A stretch of DNA of 64,000 nucleotides from Octopus vulgaris (Eukaryota): the NCBI GenBank assembly GCA_951406725.2, contig OX597821.1, positions 111,724,001-111,788,000 of the forward strand, given 5' to 3'. This document shows positions 56,500 to 64,000 of the stretch, piece after piece. A model generated the notes under the pieces. That model saw only the letters and a list, made by a program, of their open reading frames with translations, was not told where the DNA came from and did no database searches. The first letter of the stretch is position 1; the number at the start of each line of letters is the position of its first letter. The position numbers were made by a program, and so were the translations under genes.

Positions 56500-56652
56500 T
56501 TTATTTTTCCTGTAGCTTTTGCATTTTTCTACGTGTAAAATTTCAGCAAAATCGATAGAATAGTCTCTAAGGACATGCTTATTCAATACAAGGTCAGAGG
56601 TGGGATTAACTTCAACATAGAAAACATGAGCAACGCCGGGAACAACAGCTAG
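56500..56652 (+). mobile_element. Helitron-like 3' end
   Basis: Ends GAGCAACGCCGGGAACAACAG-CTAG|T, the typical GC-rich subterminal motif plus CTAG terminus before a T. Confidence 0.55.
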
Positions 56653-56702
56653 TATACATAGATACATACATAGATACATACATACATACATACATACATA
56701 CA

Positions 56703-56736
<34 letters not shown>

Positions 56737-56746
56737 CATACATACA

Positions 56747-56780
<34 letters not shown>

Positions 56781-56881
56781 GTTAATCCAAACATGAAAAA
56801 ACAAAGAGAAAACACAACAACGCGAGGACGTGGAACAAGTATAGTGTTATTGGACGCTCAGGAAAGGAAAGAAAAAGGAGG

Positions 56882-56916
56882 ATTTAACGTTTCGAGTGGA
56901 GCTCTTCGTCAGAAAC
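56882..56916 (-). ncRNA. Minimal type I hammerhead motif, canonical CUGACGA core
   Basis: Minus strand GTTT-CTGACGA-A-GAG(CTCCA)CTC-GAA-ACGT-T-AAAT, in a ~215-bp island (56780-56995) between microsatellites. Confidence 0.6.
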
Positions 56917-56990
56917 ATAGGAAAAGGAAAGATCCAGAGAAGGGAAGACGGAGGAAAAAAAATCGCCAACGGTACACACGCGGTCACATT

Positions 56991-57060
<70 letters not shown>

Positions 57061-57094
57061 GTCAACAGATTAGATCCAGCAGAATCTTGGTATA

Positions 57095-57432
57095 AAGGGT
57101 AAAGACCCCTTTCGGTCATGAATGACCATGGGATTGCACCCAGAAAGTTACCCTCCTAGACACAAGTCCGGGCAAGGTTGTTTATGGAAGACCAGCAGTC
57201 GCCCATGCATACCGGCCTCCCCTCTCCACGCCACCAGTGTTATCCAAGGGAAAGACAAAGGTCGATACAGTTTGGAACCTGTGACGTCGCAACTCATTTC
57301 TACAGCTGAGTGAACTGGAGCAACGTGAAATAAAGTGCTTTGCTCAAGAACACAACACGCAGCCCGGTCCGGGATTCGAGCTCACAACCTCACGATCGTA
57401 AGCTCGACGCTCTAACCACTGAGCCATGCGCC
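57095..57432 (-). mobile_element. tRNA-derived SINE family D (a headless copy at ~61273-61503)
   Basis: Minus head GGCGCATGGCTCAGTGGTTAGAGCG...GCTCGAATCCCGG (A and B boxes), then GTGTTCTTGAGCAAAGCACTT. Confidence 0.85.
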
Positions 57433-57554
57433 TTGGTATAGAAAACCTTTATTAGAGCTCAAATGACTGGAACTTAAGCTCCGATGTCTTTACGAGGGAC
57501 CGATTCCGCCGGGTAAACAATGGCTATAAGAGGAATCCAGGTGAGCAGAGAGAG

Positions 57555-57642
<88 letters not shown>

Positions 57643-58020
57643 TGAGTGAGAAGGAGGAGCAGAGGCAAATATCTAATACAGGATATAGTTTTCAAAGACT
57701 TTCTCTCCTAAGACCTCCGACTGCGTAGATTTTTACATCATGTCTAGAATTAAACGCATCAAATAAAATACAATTTCGAAAGAAATCATGATTCCCTACA
57801 GACTTCTAATAAATTCCGCAACTATGGAATTTCGAAAGATAATGTAAAAATTTTAATAATTGGGATAAAATGAGAACACTTGTTTTTTTTTAAAAAAAAA
57901 CAAAAACGTACACAAGCTCATATAAAGAAATTCAGACACACACAAATAGATACATACTCACAAAAGACAAATGTGTGTATGTGCGTGTGTGTACGTGTGT
58001 GCATGTGCTTGTGCTTGAGC

Positions 58021-58063
<43 letters not shown>

Positions 58064-58080
58064 TATATATATATATGTAT

Positions 58081-58229
<149 letters not shown>

Positions 58230-58989
58230 TACATACACACATATATATACATATATATGTATATATTTACATAAATATATATATACACATATATACTCAT
58301 ATATGTATATATGCATATACATATACATAGAGAGAAGACGAAAGAGAAGGCGAAAGAGTGAGAGAGAGAGAGAGAGAGAAGGGGCTAATATAGAAAGACA
58401 GGAAGCTTAGATGTGATTGTATGCCGTGGGGTTCGGGGGTACGAAGGGTATTAATGGCGAGAGTATCTTGATATTGTAGAAGCGAAGTAACTGTAAAGCG
58501 AAACACACGGTGGTTACTGAGGCTAGCATTACTGAAATGAAATCCCCTCATGGGACACGAAACAGAAATATTCGGATCAGTTGATATTGTGTCATATTTA
58601 ATGTTAATTATACAACTTAGTTATTATTTTATTTATTAATTTGTTTGCTTTATGATATAAGATATCGGATATTGAGAAATCGGATGTGATTTCGGAGCCA
58701 CATCTGATAATATCGCTATTTGTTGCGCAGACACATCATAGGATACGCAGGTGCAGTTGGATACAATATTGAATTGATGCTTCGTGATATGGTTGGTAAT
58801 AGCGGGAGCACTGTAAATTGACGGGAGACAATCCTTAGGGAGATGAAGCATCTATATCAGCGGGTTTTTAATATATATGGGTTGAGTTCGAATTCTGTAA
58901 GATTCACTGCAAAGAGGGAAAATAAATTGTCACATTTGAAATATTTAGCAAAAGATAAAATCATAAAACGTTGATAAGTACGTCATAAG

Positions 58990-59467
58990 CAAGCGTGGCT
59001 GTGTGGTTAAGCCGCTTGTTTCGCAACTATATTAGTTTTGCGTTCAGTCCCAACGCGCGATATCTTAGACGAGCAGCATTCTTCTACGATAGACTAGGGC
59101 CGACCAATGCGTTGTGATTGAATTTCATAGACGAAAAGTATGTGATTATATTTTATTTGTTTCAGCCATTTGACTGCGGCCACGCTGGAGCACCGCCTTT
59201 TAGTCGAACAAATTGACACCCCCAGGACTTATTATTTTGTAAGCCTAGTACTGATTCTGCCAGTCTATTTTGCCAAACCGCTAAGTTACGGGGATACATA
59301 CATACATATACATACGACAGGAATCTTTCAGTTTCCGTCTATCAAATTCACTCACAAGGCTTTGGTCGGCCCGAGGGTCTTGTAGAAGACACTTGCCCAA
59401 GGTACCACGCAGTGGGACTGAACTCAGAACCATGTGGTTGGTAAGCAAGCTTCTCCCCATACAGCCA
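58990..59467. mobile_element. SINE family B: partial plus copy (~58990-59140) and minus copy (~59150-59467)
   Basis: Family B head, body and tail motifs. Confidence 0.75.
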
Positions 59468-59480
59468 TATATATATATAT

Positions 59481-59511
<31 letters not shown>

Positions 59512-59513
<2 letters not shown>

Positions 59514-60064
59514 GATTAGATATTAATTTAATTAAAACGAGGTGAGAAATTAGATATTAATTTAATTAACATCGATTTCACACCAGTGGTCTAGCATATA
59601 AAAAACTGAAGGTTCATTAAAATTCTTTTATATACATATTAGAGGGAAACCACAATGTGGACACCCTTATGCTAGAAATAGATCCGCTATGGTCTTACCA
59701 ATTAGAAATGTTCTCAAGAAAAATTTAGCAAAACAACCAAAACGCAATCGAGCAAGACAAGAGAAAAAGCAATAAACATATGGATTATTTGCATACATCT
59801 TTCACTATTAACATCTTACATAATTTTACTTGGCCGGTCGCACCGATGATCTACGGACATTTATGTAAGTAAAATTACGTAATATGTTAATAGTGAAACA
59901 TATGCGAATAATCCATATTTTTATTGCCTTTTCTTTGCCTTGCTCGATTACGTTTTGGTTTTGCTAAATTTTTCTTGAGAACATTTCTTAGTGGTAAGAC
60001 CATCGCGGATCTATTTCTAGCATAAGGGTGTCCACATAGTGGTTTTCCCTCTAATATGTATATA
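59512..60064. repeat. Fold-back element: leader motif plus ~200-bp-arm imperfect palindrome (59629-60064) within (TA)n
   Basis: CATATTAGAGGGAAACCAC..TGTGGACACCCTTATGCTAGAAATAGATCCGC is mirrored at 60005-60060. Leader ACCAGTGGTCTAGCAT at 59582-59597. ATTAGATATTAATTTAATTAA is duplicated upstream. Confidence 0.9.
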
Positions 60065-60081
60065 TATATATATATACATAC

Positions 60082-60117
<36 letters not shown>

Positions 60118-60139
60118 AATTTGTATGTTTATGTATGTA

Positions 60140-60185
<46 letters not shown>

Positions 60186-60306
60186 GATAGATAATAATTA
60201 CTGAAATTATTTAATTATTACCTTTGAAAGGATTTTATTCCCATGCTGGCTACCTGATAAGATCGGTATTTAAATATCACTCTTATCCTTATTTATATAA
60301 ATATAC

Positions 60307-60394
<88 letters not shown>

Positions 60395-60395
<1 letters not shown>

Positions 60396-60655
60396 TGTTT
60401 CTTTATTAGCCACACAGGGCTGCACACAGATAGAACAAATTACAAGGTAGAGCTTTTCTTTTGAAGGTTTAAAAAAAAAAAAAAAAGGAAAGGGGGAGTT
60501 TCGATCAAAAGGGATCGTAAAAGGAGAGAAAGAGGACAAAAAAGGGGGGGGGTTAAAAAAAAGGGGGAGAGGAAAAAAAATTGATCAATAGGGATCGTTA
60601 TCACAGAAATGTCAATATGAAGTGTAAAGGGGAGGACAGGTGAGGTTTACCCGTG

Positions 60656-60660
<5 letters not shown>
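60395..60660 (-). mobile_element. 3' UTR copy of the L1/Tx1-like element, inserted in (GATA)n
   Basis: Reverse complement matches ~22780-23099, with (GATA)n on both sides. Confidence 0.75.
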
Positions 60661-60748
<88 letters not shown>

Positions 60749-60797
60749 AACTTACGTGGAAGAGGATGCGTGGCATTCAGTGATATAATAATATAAA

Positions 60798-61128
60798 TAA
60801 TATATATATGCATATATACATACGTATATGTACATACTTACATCTATACGTATATATACATGCATATGTGGGCACTGGACGTCACGAAACGTGCACAACA
60901 AAAAAATACGAAGTACGAGTACATGGAATATGAACTATTTTTTAGAACGAGGGATACAAATGCAGTTGTTAGTCTTGTTTTCCATTTGTGCCTTTCGTTG
61001 TTCGAAACAATAGTTCATATTCCATGTACTCGTACTTCGTATTTTTTGTTGTACACGTTTGGTGATGTCCCACATATGCATGTATATATACGTATACATG
61101 TAAGTATGTATATATACGTGTGTATATA

Positions 61129-61140
<12 letters not shown>
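60798..61140. repeat. Fold-back with ~160-bp arms
   Basis: AAAAAATACGAAGTACGAGTACATGGAATATGAACTATT is mirrored by AATAGTTCATATTCCATGTACTCGTACTTCGTATTTTTT; symmetry extends into the flanking TA/TACA tracts. Confidence 0.9.
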
Positions 61141-61167
<27 letters not shown>

Positions 61168-61697
61168 GAGTGAGCACATAAATGTGTAACAAGGTGGAAA
61201 AATAGTACTCGAATACTGAAGTAGAGTAATAAGCTTTAATAATAAAGTATATATATATATATATATATATATAGGGCAAAGACCATCTTCGGTCATGAAT
61301 GACCATGGGATTGCACCTAGAAAGTACCCTCCGAGGCACAAGTCCAGGCAAGGTTGTTTATGGAAGACCAGCAGTCACCCATGCATACCAGCCTCCTCTC
61401 TCCATGCCACCGGTATTATCCAAGGAAAAGGCAAAGGCCAGTACAGCTTGGTACCAGTGACGTCTTAGCTCATTTTTACAGCTGAGTGAACTGGAGCAAC
61501 GTAAATTGAACTCACTGCCTCATGTTTGTGAAGTTTCAAATTATTCCTCTGGCATGCTCACGAGTCACTGCTGAGATGATTTTCGCATCGCTCCAATATA
61601 TATTGATTTTGACAAATATTTCCGAAGAGGTTTTCTTTCAGATAAACATCTCAGCATCACGTCTTTCATTTGTTTATATACACTAAATATTGTATAG

Positions 61698-61803
<106 letters not shown>

Positions 61804-61819
61804 TGTATGTATATATATC

Positions 61820-62058
61820 AAAATAAAATAAAATAGGGCAGAGACAGTCTTAGAATGCTAAACTAAGAATTAATGACTTATTAATGCGTTATATTTCCAG
61901 TAACTCATTCATTTATAAAAGAAAACAGTTTGGGATATTCAGTATTTCGTCTGTTCTACTCTGAATATGGGTGAGTCACTTGAATTATAATGGATTAATA
62001 AATGACTAATTCCTTTGCATAGCAGGCATTTTTGTTTGCCATATTATATTCTATTTTC
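61820..62058. repeat. Older, diverged fold-back next to (TA)n
   Basis: GAATTAATGACTTATTAATGCGTTATATTTCCAGTAACTCA versus the reverse complement of the right arm, GAATTAGTCATTTATTAATCCATTATAATTCAAGTGACTCA. Confidence 0.6.
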
Positions 62059-62087
62059 ATAGATCACTGTAGACGTGTGTGTGTGTT

Positions 62088-62145
<58 letters not shown>

Positions 62146-62275
62146 TTTGTATATATATACATATTGTTGTTGTAGTGGTTGTCCATGCTTCATGACCAGG
62201 ATTTTTCAGCTATGTATCCAGTTTCTCTGACATGTTTTTTCATGTTTTTTTAAAAATTTTGCTTGATTTGTTCAA

Positions 62276-62353
<78 letters not shown>

Positions 62354-62358
62354 GTCAC

Positions 62359-62403
<45 letters not shown>

Positions 62404-62404
62404 T

Positions 62405-62585
62405 TGCATGTGTGATAAGGAGCTTGCTTCTCAACCACATAGTTACGTGTTCAGTCCCACTGCACTGCATGGCACCTTGGGCAAATATCTTCTATTATAG
62501 ACTCGGGCTGAACGAAACTTCGTGAGAGTATTCGGTAGTTGGAAATTGAAGGAAGCCCGTCGTATAAGTGTGTGGTTGTGTGTGT

Positions 62586-62658
<73 letters not shown>

Positions 62659-62858
62659 TATACTTTTGTCTACATATGTCCCCTCCACATGGAAACCGGT
62701 GTTGGCTGTTTACGCCTCTGTAATTTAGCGGTTGCGCAAAGAGACAGCATAAGTACCAGGTTTAAAAAAATTAAATACCGCGATCGATTCATTCGACTAA
62801 AGCTTCCTTAGGGCGGTGCCCTGAACGGCTGCAGTCTAATGACTGAAACCAATAGAAG

Positions 62859-62926
<68 letters not shown>

Positions 62927-63350
62927 GCGCAGGAGTGGCTGTGTGATAAGTAGCTTGTTTCCCAACCACATGGTTCCGGGTTCATTCCCACTGCGTGACA
63001 CCTTGGGCAAGTGTCTTCTACTATAGCCTCGCGCCGACCAAAGCCTTGTGAGTGGATTTGGTAGACGGAAACTGAAAGAAGCCCGTCGTATATATGTATA
63101 TATACATATATATATGTGTGTGTTTTGTGTGTATGTATGTGTATATGTTTGTGTGTCTGTATTTGTCCCCCAACATCGCTTGACAACCGATGCCGGTGTG
63201 TTTACGTCCACGTAACTTAGCGGTTCGGCAATAGAGACCGATAGAATAAGTACTAGGCTTACAAAGAATAAGTCCTAGGGTCGATTTGCTCGACTAAAGC
63301 CGGTGCTCTAGCATGGCCACAGTCAAATGACTGAAACAAGTAAAAGAGAG
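62405..63350 (+). mobile_element. Two tandem SINE family B copies (old ~62405-62855, young ~62925-63350)
   Basis: Family B head, body and tail. Confidence 0.85.
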
Positions 63351-63374
63351 GAAGATATATATACATATTTAATG

Positions 63375-63720
63375 ATATCAGGGTAATAGAGATTTTAGAA
63401 ATCTTTACTACCAGTGGCCTGGCATATAGAAAAATTAGTCATATAGAATACAGTGTTCATTGAAACACATTACGAAGTATCCATCATAGAACTCCGTTAC
63501 ACTAGAAGGAACAGCTAAAGTCCAAACCACTAATTAGGGATAAAATCTCGAAGGGAATGAAAAATAATGAAAATATATGGTAAATGTTTTTATTTTTCAT
63601 TCCCTTCGAGATTTTATCCCTAATTGGAGGTTTTGACTTTAGCTGTTCCTTCTAGCGTAAGGGATTCCTATGACGGATACCTCTTAATGTGTTTAAATGT
63701 ACACTATATTTCATGTTATA
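63375..63720. repeat. Fold-back element: leader motif plus ~125-bp-arm palindrome (63447-63710), same family as 6120-6500
   Basis: CTAGAAGGAACAGCTAAAGTC..TAGGGATAAAATCTCGAAGGGAATGAAAAATAA is mirrored on the right. Leader ACCAGTGGCCTGGCAT at 63410-63425. Shares ATAGTGTACATTTAAA and ATGAAAAATAAAAAC (one arm or the other) with 6203-6494. Confidence 0.9.
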
Positions 63721-64000
63721 TATATATATATAACCTTAGAAAATAATGAGTATTCCACGTCATCAGGACCATTACTATTTTACACTTTACTAATGCAATG
63801 TCAATAGTATTATTTATAATATTATTACAAATTTAGGAGTTTACCAATAACCGCAACTCCTATTTCAGAATAACCTTATTGTCTGGAATACACATAGAAA
63901 GTTATATCCAATAAAATAATATAAGCTGTTTAAAAAAACCTACTATAACATACAATAAAATTAGTTGAAAAGATATATATATAACTTACCTGTTATTAGT

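Noticed and set aside
57360-57432. tRNA-like sequences (also 30020-30095 and 16620-16695)
   Set aside because: They are SINE heads continuing into repeated SINE bodies, without a complete cloverleaf or a Pol III terminator.

Overview
Eukaryotic, AT-rich, gene-poor window that is very rich in microsatellites: (TA)n, (CA)n, (GATA)n, (TACA)n, (TAA)n, (TAG)n, (GAT)n and (TTC)n. The mix of SINE families and microsatellites suggests an octopus (coleoid cephalopod) genome; this is inferred from recognition, not from a search. No intact host protein-coding gene is visible, and almost all ORFs in the track are microsatellite artefacts. Real coding remnants are all transposon-derived: a Neptune-type Penelope-like element (RT plus GIY-YIG) bracketed by ~390-bp inverted terminal repeats and split by a young CR1-group LINE; a second copy of that LINE; RTE, R4/Dong, L1/Tx1-like and older CR1/L2 fragments; a Tc1/mariner remnant; and Helitron/Helentron-like pieces. 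At least four tRNA-derived SINE families are present. The most interesting non-obvious signal is a dense set of short non-coding elements lodged in microsatellites. They carry minimal type I hammerhead ribozyme motifs (about 9, including a recurrent CUGUNGA core variant) and/or long fold-back hairpins (about 9, three sharing an ACCAGTGGYCTRGCAT leader). They are probably non-autonomous Penelope derivatives. There is also a strong minus-strand candidate exon (26142-26219) with a perfect 40-nt complementary copy 1.6 kb downstream.
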